Positions 9,739 through 19,543 of a stretch of DNA of 64,000 bases are shown piece by piece. Origin of the DNA: an uncultured Acidimicrobiales bacterium (GTDB lineage: Bacteria; Actinomycetota; Acidimicrobiia; Acidimicrobiales; Bin134); the NCBI GenBank assembly GCA_951813555.1, contig OX638344.1:1887076-1951075 (forward strand), read 5' to 3'. Under the pieces are notes generated by a model. It had not been told where the DNA came from, ran no database searches, and saw only the letters and a program-made list of their open reading frames with translations. The translations under genes and the position numbers were made by a program. Every line of letters starts with the position of its first letter. Within the stretch, counting starts at the first letter, position 1.

Positions 9739-11373
9739 CTAGAGGGCACCTTCGCGGAGAAGGGACCGGAGGTCGACCTTTCGGATCTTGCCTGAAGCGG
9801 TGCGGGGGTAGTCATCCACCAGGCGCAGTTCCTCGGGCCATTTCTGGCGGGCCAGTCCGACTTGCTCCAGATGGGGGATGAGAGCGGGCAGGTCGATGGG
9901 GTCTGCGTCGGGCAGCAGGCGGACCACCGCGCAGGCGTGCTCGCCGAGGCGTTCGTCGGGGGCGGCCACCACCGCCACCTCGGCTACGCCGGGAACCTTG
10001 GCGATGACCTCCTCGATCTCGGCCGCCGATAGGTTCTCGCCGCCGCGGATGATGATGTCCTTCACCCGGTCGGTGATGGTCAAACAGCCGTGCTCGTCGA
10101 GCACCCCGATGTCGCCGGTGTGATACCAGCCGTCGTCGTCGAAGGCGACGTTGAGGTCGGGATTGGTGTAGCCCAGGCACAGCTCGGGCCCCCGAGACAC
10201 GATCTCTCCGGGCGTGCCCGCGGGCAGGTCGGTGCCGTCTTCGTCCACGATCCGCATCTCAACTCCAGGCCGGGGACGCCCGTCGGTGTTGTGGCGGGTC
10301 TCGGCGGGATCCTCATATCTTGAGCCGGTGATCGAGGGGTGCTCGGTGGATCCGTAGGCCCGGATGATCTTGATGCCCAGCGCCTCGGCCCGCTGGCCCA
10401 CCGCCGCGGGCACCGGTGCTCCGCCCAGCCCCACCCGGGCCATCTTGACGGTGTGCTCCTGGGTGAAGTCGGGGTGGTCGAGCAGGCTGGTGAGAAAGAT
10501 CGAGGCCCCCACCCCTCCACCGATGTCGCAGGCCAGCATCACTTCAAGGGCGTGGCCGGGGTCCCATCGGTCGGTCAAGTGGATGTCGCTGGCGATGTAC
10601 AGGGGCCCGAGCACCCCGCCCAGCATCCCGGTGGCATGGGCCACCGGCGATCCCATCAGGTTGGGCCGCCCCGGCGTCATCCACGCCGCCATGTGCTCCA
10701 GCTCGCTGAGCAGAGTTCGATGATCGTGGATAGCGCCCTTCGGATCGCTAGTGGTGCCCGACGTGTAGGCCAGCACCGCCACATCGTCGGAGGCCAATTC
10801 GGGCAGTTCGGCGGCTGGCTGGCAAGCCTCCAGTTCTGTCCAGGCCATACGGAGCACGCCTCCGGGGGCAGGCCGGCGCGCCTCGCCGCCGACCACGAGG
10901 TGAAGGCGGAGGCTGGCCGGGGCGTGGCCGTCGATGATCTCAGCAAAGTCCACGCGTCCGTAGGCCACCGGGGAGATATAGGCCTCGGCGGCACACTCGT
11001 CGAGGATGAACGACACCTCCTTGCGCCCGTAGATATGGGTGATCGGCACGAGGATGTAGCCGCCCATGGCCAGCCCGGCAAAGGCCACCACCGCCTCCCG
11101 CCAGTTGGGGAGCTGGAAGGCCACCACCGCGCCGGGTCCGATGCCCTCGTTGCGCAACAACGACACCAGCCGACGAGCTTCGGAGTCGACATCGGCGAAG
11201 GTGCCGTGCCAGTCGTGAGTGCGGGAGTGGATGTGGACCGCGGAGCCGGGGGCGGCGGCCAGCCATTCGGCCACTCGTCCGCTGAGTGTGGCGTCGGTCC
11301 ACCACCCCTGGTTCACATAGCGCTCCTGTAAGTGACCGGGCACCCCCCGCAACCCCCACCGAGATTCGCTCAC
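9739..11373 (-). CDS. AMP-dependent synthetase/ligase (acyl-CoA ligase)
   Basis: 544 aa with the AMP-binding signature LAYTSGTTSDPKGA and C-terminal YHTGD / GKIRK motifs. Confidence 0.85.
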   Translation of the reverse strand: MSESRWGLRGVPGHLQERYVNQGWWTDATLSGRVAEWLAAAPGSAVHIHSRTHDWHGTFADVDSEARRLVSLLRNEGIGPGAVVAFQLPNWREAVVAFAGLAMGGYILVPITHIYGRKEVSFILDECAAEAYISPVAYGRVDFAEIIDGHAPASLRLHLVVGGEARRPAPGGVLRMAWTELEACQPAAELPELASDDVAVLAYTSGTTSDPKGAIHDHRTLLSELEHMAAWMTPGRPNLMGSPVAHATGMLGGVLGPLYIASDIHLTDRWDPGHALEVMLACDIGGGVGASIFLTSLLDHPDFTQEHTVKMARVGLGGAPVPAAVGQRAEALGIKIIRAYGSTEHPSITGSRYEDPAETRHNTDGRPRPGVEMRIVDEDGTDLPAGTPGEIVSRGPELCLGYTNPDLNVAFDDDGWYHTGDIGVLDEHGCLTITDRVKDIIIRGGENLSAAEIEEVIAKVPGVAEVAVVAAPDERLGEHACAVVRLLPDADPIDLPALIPHLEQVGLARQKWPEELRLVDDYPRTASGKIRKVDLRSLLREGAL

Positions 11374-11415
11374 GCCTGCACCTCAGAGCTGTTTCCGATG
11401 TCCATCTCCTGAGGC

Positions 11416-12435
11416 CTATTTGAGGGCGATGGGATTTATGGGCGAGCCCACCGCGCCGGGGATGTTGAGCGGCGGGGCGACCAGCATGAACTCGTAGCGG
11501 CCGTCGTCGGCGCAGTCGGCGGCCAGTTCGTCGAGCACCCAGAACTCGCCCAAGGGCAGCCCTCGGTCGACCAGTGCACCGCAGTGGACGGGGTGTTTTC
11601 GGGCCTCGGGGTTTTCGGGCACCAGCACCTCAACGGCGATGGTGTCGGAGGCCACCGCGGAGATGTCGTTGCGGTCGCACCAGTTGAGCGCGTCCACTCC
11701 GAAACCGGGCGAGCCGCCGAAGTACTCCCCCTGCTGGTCGGGGGTGAAGGCCGGATCCCACAAGGCCATGTAGCCGGTGCGGATCAAGGCGATGTCGCCG
11801 GGCTCCACGGCGGTCCCTTGGGACTCGGCACAGCTATCCAGCATGGCCGAGTCGATGACAGTGGCCGGCGCCAGCGGATCACAGCCCTCGGCGCGGGCCA
11901 GGTCCAACAACACAGATCGGCCCACGAAGCTCTCCCGGTGATTCTCGATGCCGAGCACTGATGCGCCCCCGTAGGCGGTGACGTTGCCCGCCCAGTAGCC
12001 GTTGTACATCGTGTCCCGGTAGATCACGTGGGCGAAGCCGTCCCACTGGGTGGAGCCCTGGAGGGGCATCTGGAACATGTCGTCGTTCCACTGGAAGTCG
12101 GGGTCGGCGGCGCTATAAGGGGAGCCAACCACCTGGTCGGAGCCGGACATCAAGAACCAGTGCAGCGGCGCTGGACGGGTATGAAACCGCGGGCCCTCGG
12201 CATCGATGGGCAGGGCCAAGGAGAACACCTTGCCCGACTGGACCAGCGAGGCGGCCCGGATGCGCTGGTCGGGGCCAATGAGGTTCTGGGTGCCGCGCTG
12301 GTCGTCGTCGCCCCACCGCCCCCAGTTGTTGGGTCCTTCGGGCACATAGCCGCCTACCACTTTGCCGTTGTCGTCCACGGTGTAGTCAGGAGCTGACCAG
12401 TGCTTGGCGTAGCTGGCGTAGTCGTCTCGACCCAT
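11416..12435 (-). CDS. Cyclase-family protein (kynurenine-formamidase-like fold)
   Basis: 339 aa. The N-terminal NWGRWGDDDQRGTQNLI motif and the QWDGFAH motif are characteristic of actinobacterial putative cyclases. Confidence 0.6.
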   Translation of the reverse strand: MGRDDYASYAKHWSAPDYTVDDNGKVVGGYVPEGPNNWGRWGDDDQRGTQNLIGPDQRIRAASLVQSGKVFSLALPIDAEGPRFHTRPAPLHWFLMSGSDQVVGSPYSAADPDFQWNDDMFQMPLQGSTQWDGFAHVIYRDTMYNGYWAGNVTAYGGASVLGIENHRESFVGRSVLLDLARAEGCDPLAPATVIDSAMLDSCAESQGTAVEPGDIALIRTGYMALWDPAFTPDQQGEYFGGSPGFGVDALNWCDRNDISAVASDTIAVEVLVPENPEARKHPVHCGALVDRGLPLGEFWVLDELAADCADDGRYEFMLVAPPLNIPGAVGSPINPIALK

Positions 12436-12450
12436 GGGTCCTCCTAGTGG

Positions 12451-13428
12451 TCAGAGCTGGATGAGGCGGGGGGCGCTGTCCTGCGACAGCAGTCTGTTTC
12501 CAATTTCGATGGGGAGCGAGCTGGCCGAGCCGAACAGGGTGTCGATCACCAGAGTCCGCTTCATCCAGCGGTGGAACTGGTGTTCGGCGGTGAATCCGAT
12601 TCCGGCCAGCACCTGCTGGGCGTGGGTCGCAGTGGTGAGGGCGGCTTGGCCGGCCAGCGACTTGGCCAGCGCGGCCAAAAGCGGATCGGGATCGTGAAGG
12701 CAACCTTGGGCTACCGACTCCGCTCCCTCGATCAGCACCAGCGATTCGGCCAGCTTGTGGCGAATGGCTTGGAACGACGCCACCGCGCGTCCGAACTGCA
12801 CCCGGTCGATGGCGTGCTGGCGGGCCTCGGCCAGCATCCAGCGGGCCCCGCCGAGAAGCTGATGGGCCAGCGCCGAATGGGCGGCGGCCACGGCTGCTTC
12901 CCAGGTGCCACTCGTTGCCAGCGGCGTCAAGGCGTCGGCCGCTATCTCCACGGACAACCGGCGGTAGGCGTGGCCAGGGTCGACCCCTTTGGCCGCGGTT
13001 ACGTGGAGCAATGCGGCGTCGACGGCGGTCGCTACAGCCCCGTCTCCATTCTCCACAGCCAGCGCCGCGGTATTCGCTCGTTCTAGGCGGGCCGACACCA
13101 GCCCATCGATCACTACGGTGTCGCCCCTGCGCTGTGCTGGCGCGGTTGCCTGGTGGGGGGAGGGGAACACAACGCAGGTATCCGGAGAAACGGCGGTGCC
13201 CAGCGCTTGGGCCACCACGTCGTCGAGCAAGCAAGCGGCCGAATTGGTTTTTCCGAGCGCGCTGAACGCGGTGGCTGACCCCTGGGAAGAGGCTGCGTCG
13301 AGCAACTCGGCCCACCCGAGGTCGAAGAGAGCCTGGTCGGCCTCGCCCGGGGCGGGCGCTTCGGCCATGGCCGCCTCGAATCCGGTAGCCAGCAGCGCTA
13401 GGTCGTCGGCTTCGATGAGCTCGCTCAT
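12451..13428 (-). CDS. Acyl-CoA dehydrogenase-family protein, short subunit (probable partner of 13425-14567)
   Basis: 325 aa with an ACAD C-terminal-domain-like sequence. 4-nt overlap with the upstream ACAD gene. Confidence 0.7.
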   Translation of the reverse strand: MSELIEADDLALLATGFEAAMAEAPAPGEADQALFDLGWAELLDAASSQGSATAFSALGKTNSAACLLDDVVAQALGTAVSPDTCVVFPSPHQATAPAQRRGDTVVIDGLVSARLERANTAALAVENGDGAVATAVDAALLHVTAAKGVDPGHAYRRLSVEIAADALTPLATSGTWEAAVAAAHSALAHQLLGGARWMLAEARQHAIDRVQFGRAVASFQAIRHKLAESLVLIEGAESVAQGCLHDPDPLLAALAKSLAGQAALTTATHAQQVLAGIGFTAEHQFHRWMKRTLVIDTLFGSASSLPIEIGNRLLSQDSAPRLIQL

Positions 13429-14567
13429 GACTCCGGCCCCAAATCAAGCAATCGCCGGGCGACAATGTTGCGCTGGATTTCGGCGGTGCCCCCGTAGATG
13501 GGCGCTGCCTTGGAGTAGAGGTAGTCGGTTCGCCACATGGCCGCGTCGAGATCGTCGTCGAACTCCACCACCCCTCCGAGCAGGTCGCGGGCCGCCTCGA
13601 ACAGCTCCAGTTCGGCCGATGTGATGAGGATCTTGTCGATCGACGTCTCCACGCCGAGCTGCTGGCCGCCGGCCAAGCGGTGCTGTGTGTCTCGGGATCG
13701 GCAGCGGAAGGCGACCAGCGACTGGAATGCCTGACCTAGGGCTTTGGCCGCGGTATCGCTGCGATCGCCCGATGCCGCCATCTGGGCCACCAGGTCGGAG
13801 AAGCGCCGGTGCAGCAGGGCTCCCCGGTGCCAGAACGTGGTGGACCGCTCGTAGGGGAGGATGTCCATGGCAACCTGCCAGCCCCCATCCTCCTCGCCGA
13901 TGAGCCGTTCGTCAGGTACGAACACCTCGTCGTAGTGGACCTCGGCGAAGTCATGCCGTCCGTGCATGGTCTCGATCGGGCTATAGGAGACGCCCGGGGA
14001 GTCGACATCCACCAGCAAGGCAGTGATGCCCCGGTGAGCGCTGCCCGGCTCTCCCGTGCGGACCAACAGCACGCAGCGCTGGGCGTACTGGATGAAGCTG
14101 GTCCAGATCTTCTGGCCGCTCACCACCCAGCCACCGTCGGTCTTGTCCGCCCGGCACGATATGGAGGCCAGGTCGCTGCCCGCATCGGGTTCGGAGAATC
14201 CCTGGCACCACATCTCGTCGCCGCGAATGAACGGCGGCACCAGGCTGGCAGCAATCTCGGGCCGGGCGAAGTCGATGACGGTGGGGGCCAGCACTTCGAT
14301 CATCGTCCAGGGGCTGGGGTCGGCCAGCCCCCGCAGGTTGATCTCCTCGCCGACGATGGCCCGCAGAAGCGGTGAGCCTCCCAACCCGTTGACCGATTCC
14401 GGCCATCCGTACCGGCCGAAATCGGCATCGTAGAGGGCTCGTTTCACATGGGAGTAGTGGGCCAATTGCTCGTCCATCGTGCCCGCGCCCTCATAGGGCG
14501 GGGTCAGCTCTTGGGTGTTGGCGTCGAGCCATGCCTCCAGTTCGCGCCGAAATGTCGCGGTATCCAT
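13425..14567 (-). CDS. Acyl-CoA dehydrogenase
   Basis: ACAD sequence (WCQGFSEPDAGSDLA). Start placed at ATG 14565-14567 (MDTATFRRELEAW). The longer 502-aa ORF has an Arg/Pro-rich extension that overlaps the gene at 14588-14929 in another frame. Confidence 0.8.
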   Translation of the reverse strand: MDTATFRRELEAWLDANTQELTPPYEGAGTMDEQLAHYSHVKRALYDADFGRYGWPESVNGLGGSPLLRAIVGEEINLRGLADPSPWTMIEVLAPTVIDFARPEIAASLVPPFIRGDEMWCQGFSEPDAGSDLASISCRADKTDGGWVVSGQKIWTSFIQYAQRCVLLVRTGEPGSAHRGITALLVDVDSPGVSYSPIETMHGRHDFAEVHYDEVFVPDERLIGEEDGGWQVAMDILPYERSTTFWHRGALLHRRFSDLVAQMAASGDRSDTAAKALGQAFQSLVAFRCRSRDTQHRLAGGQQLGVETSIDKILITSAELELFEAARDLLGGVVEFDDDLDAAMWRTDYLYSKAAPIYGGTAEIQRNIVARRLLDLGPES

Positions 14568-14587
14568 TGCTGCCAAGACGATTGACG

Positions 14588-14929
14588 TTACAGCGGTGGC
14601 TCGCGGACCATCTCCAGATCGGCCGATCCGCTGTCGGGGACGCGGGGCTGGCGCCACGCCTCTACCGGGAACGACGCCTCGCACAGGGAGAACGACATCA
14701 GCAACAGGTTGCGGGCATCGTCGGGCAGGTCGTAGAGGTCGAGGCTGTCGCAGTGCTCGAGGATCTCGGTCAGCCGGGGCATCATGGCGTCGTAGAAGGC
14801 CTGCATCTCGTCCATCGACGAGGCCAGGCGCTTCTCGTAGCGCTCCCGCCAAGTGTCGAGAGCCCAATCGGCGAAGGGGGCGAGGTCGGCGAAGCCGGCG
14901 GGAAGCGTTGCGGTGTCGCTCATAATCAC
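14588..14929 (-). CDS. Small acidic hypothetical protein coupled to the Rieske oxygenase
   Basis: 113-aa ORF with balanced, non-shadow amino-acid composition. 4-nt overlap (ATGA) with the upstream Rieske gene. No family recognised. Confidence 0.5.
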   Translation of the reverse strand: MIMSDTATLPAGFADLAPFADWALDTWRERYEKRLASSMDEMQAFYDAMMPRLTEILEHCDSLDLYDLPDDARNLLLMSFSLCEASFPVEAWRQPRVPDSGSADLEMVREPPL

Positions 14930-16236
14930 TCACCGTTGGCCGATGCCGGGGCCGGCATCCATGGGTAGCTGGTCGGGCGGCCGCCGGCTTTCACCTGCTC
15001 TCGAACCGCGGCGTGGTGGTGGCGGCAGAGGATCTCCTGGTCGTTGAGCATAAAGGTGTCCACCACCTCGCTCTCGATCATGGTCTGGGTGGCCTCCAGG
15101 GTGTTGGCGTCTTGGAAGGCATACTCCTTGAATGTGGAGAAGGCGAACTCCTGGGCGGCGCGTTGGCTGGCATTCTCAGGCGGAGCGAAGTTGAGGGTGG
15201 ACTCGAACAAGTGCTTGCTCGGGCCGAGCGGCCAGTAGGAGTAGGTGAGATACCAGCCCGTCTCCCAGAACAGGATCATGAAGTTGGGCCACACCAGAAA
15301 CGAGTCGATGCCCCAGGCCCGGTGCTTGGACGGATTGAGCAGCGGGGGGAGGTCTTGGTTGTCGTTGACCGCGGCGGGCTTGTCCCACGGGCCAAACAAC
15401 CCGCTGCGCAGCAGGTTCTCGATGGGCTTGACCATTCTGGGGTCTTTGGGGGGAGACATGCCGCCCCATGACGACACCATCGAATGGGGGCTGAACAGCT
15501 GGTAGTGGAGGCCCTCGAAGCCAATGCTGGCCAGCTTCTGGGACTCCTCGGCGGTGGCTTGGCGCTGGTGCAGCACCGGTGCGTGGTAGAACTCGACGAA
15601 GGCGTCGATGAACAGCTTCCAGTTGCTGTCGACCTCCGAGCGCACCTCGTAGGTCTGGGTCATCTCGCCGAACGGGTAGCCGGCCAGGCCCTCGGAAAGC
15701 GGGGCAAGGGCCTCGGCCAGCGTTTGCTGGGGCTCGGGGTCGAGGTTTACGAAGATGAATCCTTCCCACACGTCGCAGGCCACCGGCACCAGTCCCAGGG
15801 CATCCTTGTCAACGTCGAAGAACTCCTCTTCCTGCTGGATGAATGTGAGCGAGCCGTCTAGGTCGTAGCGCCAGCCGTGGTACTTGCAGGAGAACTGGCG
15901 GCACACCCCGGAGGTCTCCTCGTTGGGGTAGTCGTCCCACACCAGCTTGTTGCCCCGGTGGCGGCACACGTTGTAGAACGCCCGCACGGTGCCGTCGCGG
16001 TCTTTCACCACCACGATGCTCCGCTTGGCCCAGGGGAACTCCCTTGTGAAGTAGCTGCCACCTCGCCCCAGTCGCTCCACGCGCCCGACGCACAGCCACT
16101 CCTTCTTGAAGATTGTGTCGATCTCCTGCTGCCAGTAGTCGGGGTCGTAGGAGTCTTTGTAGGACACCGGCGCGGTTCCCAGCCCGGGATAATGCTCGGT
16201 CCAACTGCCCTCGGCTGGTTTGGGGAAATGGGCCAT
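14926..16236 (-). CDS. Rieske [2Fe-2S] aromatic-ring-hydroxylating oxygenase, alpha subunit-like
   Basis: 436 aa. Rieske ligands CRHRG...CKYHGW are read in the translation. Confidence 0.85.
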   Translation of the reverse strand: MAHFPKPAEGSWTEHYPGLGTAPVSYKDSYDPDYWQQEIDTIFKKEWLCVGRVERLGRGGSYFTREFPWAKRSIVVVKDRDGTVRAFYNVCRHRGNKLVWDDYPNEETSGVCRQFSCKYHGWRYDLDGSLTFIQQEEEFFDVDKDALGLVPVACDVWEGFIFVNLDPEPQQTLAEALAPLSEGLAGYPFGEMTQTYEVRSEVDSNWKLFIDAFVEFYHAPVLHQRQATAEESQKLASIGFEGLHYQLFSPHSMVSSWGGMSPPKDPRMVKPIENLLRSGLFGPWDKPAAVNDNQDLPPLLNPSKHRAWGIDSFLVWPNFMILFWETGWYLTYSYWPLGPSKHLFESTLNFAPPENASQRAAQEFAFSTFKEYAFQDANTLEATQTMIESEVVDTFMLNDQEILCRHHHAAVREQVKAGGRPTSYPWMPAPASANGE

Positions 16237-16245
16237 GGGGCCTCC

Positions 16246-17472
16246 TTAGCGCTTGTAGGCCTTGCCGTTTTTCATCACGAACTGCACTCGTTGGATTTCG
16301 GTCAGCGGGTCGCCGGGCATCCCGATGATGTCGGCCAGCATCCCGGGGGCGATGCGGCCGAGGTCGGGAGCGTCGATGAGGTCGGCGCTGACTGTGGTTG
16401 CGGCCCGAATGGCCCCCAGCGGGGTCATGCCCCGCTTGACCAGGGTCACCAGTTCCTCGGCGTTGCGGCCGTGCCAGATGGCGGGGGCGTCGCTGCCGGT
16501 GGCGATCTTCACCCCAGCCTCTATGGCCTTGGAGATGGTCTGGCGGGCCTTGGGAAACACCTTGGCCGCCTTTTCCTGGAGTTCAGGGGCCTGGTCGCTC
16601 ACGTCCCAGTTCTCGGTCAGCGCGGTGGTGCTCACCAGAAACGTGCCGGTGTCCACCATGAGTTGGATGGTGTCGTCTTCCATCAAAAAGCCGTGCTCGA
16701 TGCAGTCGATTCCGGCCTCGATGGCCGAGCGAACGGCCTCGTCGCCGTGGCAGTGGGTGGCCACCTTGAGCCCTCGGCGATGGGCCTCGTCGGCAATGGC
16801 GGCCAGCTCCTGGGTGGAATACTGCTGGGCCCCGGCTGGCCCGGTGTGCGACATCACTCCGCCGGAGCCGCAGCACTTGATCACCTGGGCGCCGTATTTG
16901 ATCTGGTAGCGCACGGCCCGTCGAATCTGGTCGATGCCGTCGGCCACCCCTTCCTCCACCGTTATCGGCAATACGTCGGGGGCGAGGGCCTGGAACATGG
17001 TGGGGTCGAGGTGGCCGCCGGTAGGCGTGATGGCGTGACCGGCGGGCACGATGCGGGGACCGTCCACCCAGCCGGCTTCGATGGCCTCGCCAAGGGCCAC
17101 ATCGAGAAGGTATCCCCCGGTCTTCACGAACAAGCCCAAGTTTCGCACCGTGGTGAACCCGGCTCGCAGCGTGCGCCGGGCGTTGGCGGTGGCCCGCAGC
17201 GTCATCTTGGCCGGATTGGTCTGCACCGGGTCGAACAACCCCGCGCCCGGGCCGCCCATGAACAGGTTGACCTCCATGTCCATGAGGCCCGGTAGCAAGG
17301 TGAGCTCGGGAAGCTCGATTACCTCGTCGCAGTCGCTGGCGATGCTGCTGTCGGCGCCAACCTCGGCAATGCGGTTGCCCTCTACCCGCACATAGCCCGG
17401 CTCGATTACCTCGCCGGCGTCGATGTCGAGCACCCCTCGCCCATGCAAGGCGGTGGCCGTAGGGTTGCGCAT
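16246..17472 (-). CDS. Amidohydrolase-family protein (COG1228-like) with an atypical first metal motif
   Basis: Start at ATG 17470-17472 (MRNPTATALHG). Motifs VIKCCGSGG, ATHCHGD, IEHG and GSDAP are present. The usual HxH is replaced by MDMEVN. Confidence 0.8.
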   Translation of the reverse strand: MRNPTATALHGRGVLDIDAGEVIEPGYVRVEGNRIAEVGADSSIASDCDEVIELPELTLLPGLMDMEVNLFMGGPGAGLFDPVQTNPAKMTLRATANARRTLRAGFTTVRNLGLFVKTGGYLLDVALGEAIEAGWVDGPRIVPAGHAITPTGGHLDPTMFQALAPDVLPITVEEGVADGIDQIRRAVRYQIKYGAQVIKCCGSGGVMSHTGPAGAQQYSTQELAAIADEAHRRGLKVATHCHGDEAVRSAIEAGIDCIEHGFLMEDDTIQLMVDTGTFLVSTTALTENWDVSDQAPELQEKAAKVFPKARQTISKAIEAGVKIATGSDAPAIWHGRNAEELVTLVKRGMTPLGAIRAATTVSADLIDAPDLGRIAPGMLADIIGMPGDPLTEIQRVQFVMKNGKAYKR

Positions 17473-17568
17473 CGCGGTTCCTTTCCCGATACTCGGAATG
17501 TTGTTGCGATAATAGGGGAATCTCATTCCCAGCCTATCCTTGACCCAAGTTACCCCTAGGAGGCGGCA

Positions 17569-18885
17569 ATGGCATTTGCCCCCAAGGAACTCACACTCAT
17601 CAGCGTCGACGACCACATCATCGAGCCTCCTGACCTCTTCGACGCCCATCTTCCCGAGCGGTTTAAGGCCGACGCCCCTCGCATAGTTCGCCGCGACGAC
17701 GGTGCCGACGTGTGGCGGTTCGGCGAGGTGGAGGTGCCCAACGTGGCCCTTAACGCCGTGGCCGGGCGGCCCAAGGAGGAGTACGGGGTGGAACCCCAGT
17801 CGCTGGAGGAGATCCGACCGGGGTGCTTCATCGTGGATGAGCGGGTCAAGGACATGAACGCGTGCGGGGTGCTGTCGTCGATGAACTTCCCCTCGTTTCC
17901 CGGCTTCGCCGCCCGCCTGTTCGCGGTCGAAGACGAGGAGTTCGGCCTGGCCTTGGTGCGGGCCTACAACGACTGGCACATCGACGAGTGGTGCGGCGCC
18001 CATCCGGGACGTTTCATCCCCATGGCGCTGCCGGTGATCTGGGACGCCGAGAAGTGCGCACAGGAGGTGCGACGGGTGGCCGCCAAGGGCTGCCACTCGC
18101 TCTCGTTCACCGAGAACCCGGCTGCGCTGGGGTATCCGAGCTTCCACGATCCCTATTGGGATCCGCTGTGGACCGCGGTGTGCGACACCGACACGGTGCT
18201 GTCGATCCATCTGGGATCGTCGGGCCAGCTCAGCTTTCCGGCACCTGACTCACCCCCTGATGTGATGATCACGCTTCAGCCGATGAACATCCAGTCGGCT
18301 GCCGCCGACCTGTTGTGGTCGCGGGTGCTCAAGGAGTTCCCCGCCATCCGCATCGCCTTGTCGGAGGGGAGCACCGGGTGGGTGCCTTACTTCTTGGAGC
18401 GGGTCGACCGCACCTACGACATGCATCACCGCTGGACCGGCCAGGACTTCGGCGACCGGATGCCCAGCGACGTATTCCGCGAGCACTTTCTCACCTGCTT
18501 CATCTCCGACCACACCGGGGTGTACCTGCGCAACCAGATCGGCATCGACAACATCAGCTGGGAGTGCGACTACCCCCACAGCGACTCGGCTTGGCCCGAT
18601 GCCCCCGAGGAGCTGGCCCAGCTCATGACCGAGGCCGGGGTGACCGAGGTCGAGGCGGCCAAGATCACCCATGAGAACGCCATGAGGTGGTACTCGTTCG
18701 ACCCCTTCGCCCATGTGCCCCGCGAACAGGCCACCGTAGGGGCGCTGCGAGAGGCGGCTGCCGGGCACGACGTGAGTATCCGGGCGATGAGCAATCGCGA
18801 GAAGCTGACTGCCGAGCAAGTCCAGGCCCGCTGGCAGAACATGGGCCAGGGCGGTGCCGGGACCGGCGCTGAGCGGGCTAGCTAG
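17569..18885 (+). CDS. Amidohydrolase_2 (ACMSD-like) family protein
   Basis: 438 aa. The N-terminal ISVDDHIIEPPDLF motif is typical of this family. GGAGG lies upstream. Confidence 0.75.
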   Translation: MAFAPKELTLISVDDHIIEPPDLFDAHLPERFKADAPRIVRRDDGADVWRFGEVEVPNVALNAVAGRPKEEYGVEPQSLEEIRPGCFIVDERVKDMNACGVLSSMNFPSFPGFAARLFAVEDEEFGLALVRAYNDWHIDEWCGAHPGRFIPMALPVIWDAEKCAQEVRRVAAKGCHSLSFTENPAALGYPSFHDPYWDPLWTAVCDTDTVLSIHLGSSGQLSFPAPDSPPDVMITLQPMNIQSAAADLLWSRVLKEFPAIRIALSEGSTGWVPYFLERVDRTYDMHHRWTGQDFGDRMPSDVFREHFLTCFISDHTGVYLRNQIGIDNISWECDYPHSDSAWPDAPEELAQLMTEAGVTEVEAAKITHENAMRWYSFDPFAHVPREQATVGALREAAAGHDVSIRAMSNREKLTAEQVQARWQNMGQGGAGTGAERAS

Positions 18886-18889
18886 GGCG

Positions 18890-19543
18890 ATGAAGGTAGA
18901 CGAGCGGGCCGGCGACACGGTATGGCGGGATCGGGCCATCGAGCGCTCGACTCGGAACGCCCGGGAGCGGGCGGCCAAGCGGGTACAGCAGTTCCTTGAT
19001 GCAGCTCGCGATGTGATCGCGGCGAAGGCTTCGACGGAGTTCACCGTTCAAGAGGTGGTTGATCAGTCCAAGCAGTCGGTGCGGAGCTTTTACCAGTACT
19101 TCGACAGCAAGCACGAACTTCTGCTGGTGCTGTTCGAAGAGGAGATGGGCATCGCGGTGGCCCGCATCCGTGAGGCGACCGCCGACGGCGACCCGCTCGA
19201 CCGGCTGGAGCAGGTAGTGCTGATGCTGTACGACCTGTGTGCGCCGGGGCGGGTGTCTGAGCAGCCGCTTTTTGCCGAGTTTGCCCAGCGGCTCTTGGTG
19301 GACCACCCCGAGGAGGTGGTGGCTGCTTATGCCCCGGCGACCGAGTACGTGGCCGAAATCGTGGAGTTGATTGGCAAGCAAGGCCTGCTGCGCGAGGGCC
19401 GTCCTCGCCGGTTGGCGGCCATCGTCTTGCAGACCGCCACCGTCACCGCCGGCCGGAGCACTGGGGTGCGCCAGCCGATCACCGGCGAAGAGGTCTGGCA
19501 GTTCTGCCTCCACGCCATCGTCCCCGATCACAAACTGTCGTAG
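18890..19543 (+). CDS. TetR-family transcriptional regulator
   Basis: HTH region FTVQEVVDQSKQSVRSFYQYFDSKHELL. ATG 18890 lies 4 nt after the upstream stop. The track ORF starts at an upstream GTG at 18854. Confidence 0.8.
   Translation: MKVDERAGDTVWRDRAIERSTRNARERAAKRVQQFLDAARDVIAAKASTEFTVQEVVDQSKQSVRSFYQYFDSKHELLLVLFEEEMGIAVARIREATADGDPLDRLEQVVLMLYDLCAPGRVSEQPLFAEFAQRLLVDHPEEVVAAYAPATEYVAEIVELIGKQGLLREGRPRRLAAIVLQTATVTAGRSTGVRQPITGEEVWQFCLHAIVPDHKLS

Noticed and set aside
8664-9815. 383-aa minus-strand ORF opposite the Gfo/Idh/MocA oxidoreductase
   Set aside because: It is an antisense shadow frame with no motifs. The + frame has Rossmann and EKP motifs.
15877-17295. 472-aa + strand ORF spanning the Rieske oxygenase/amidohydrolase region
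   Set aside because: It is antisense to two genes with clear family motifs. Its composition is Gly/Val/His/Ala/Pro-rich, typical of shadow frames in high-GC DNA, and I recognised no motif.
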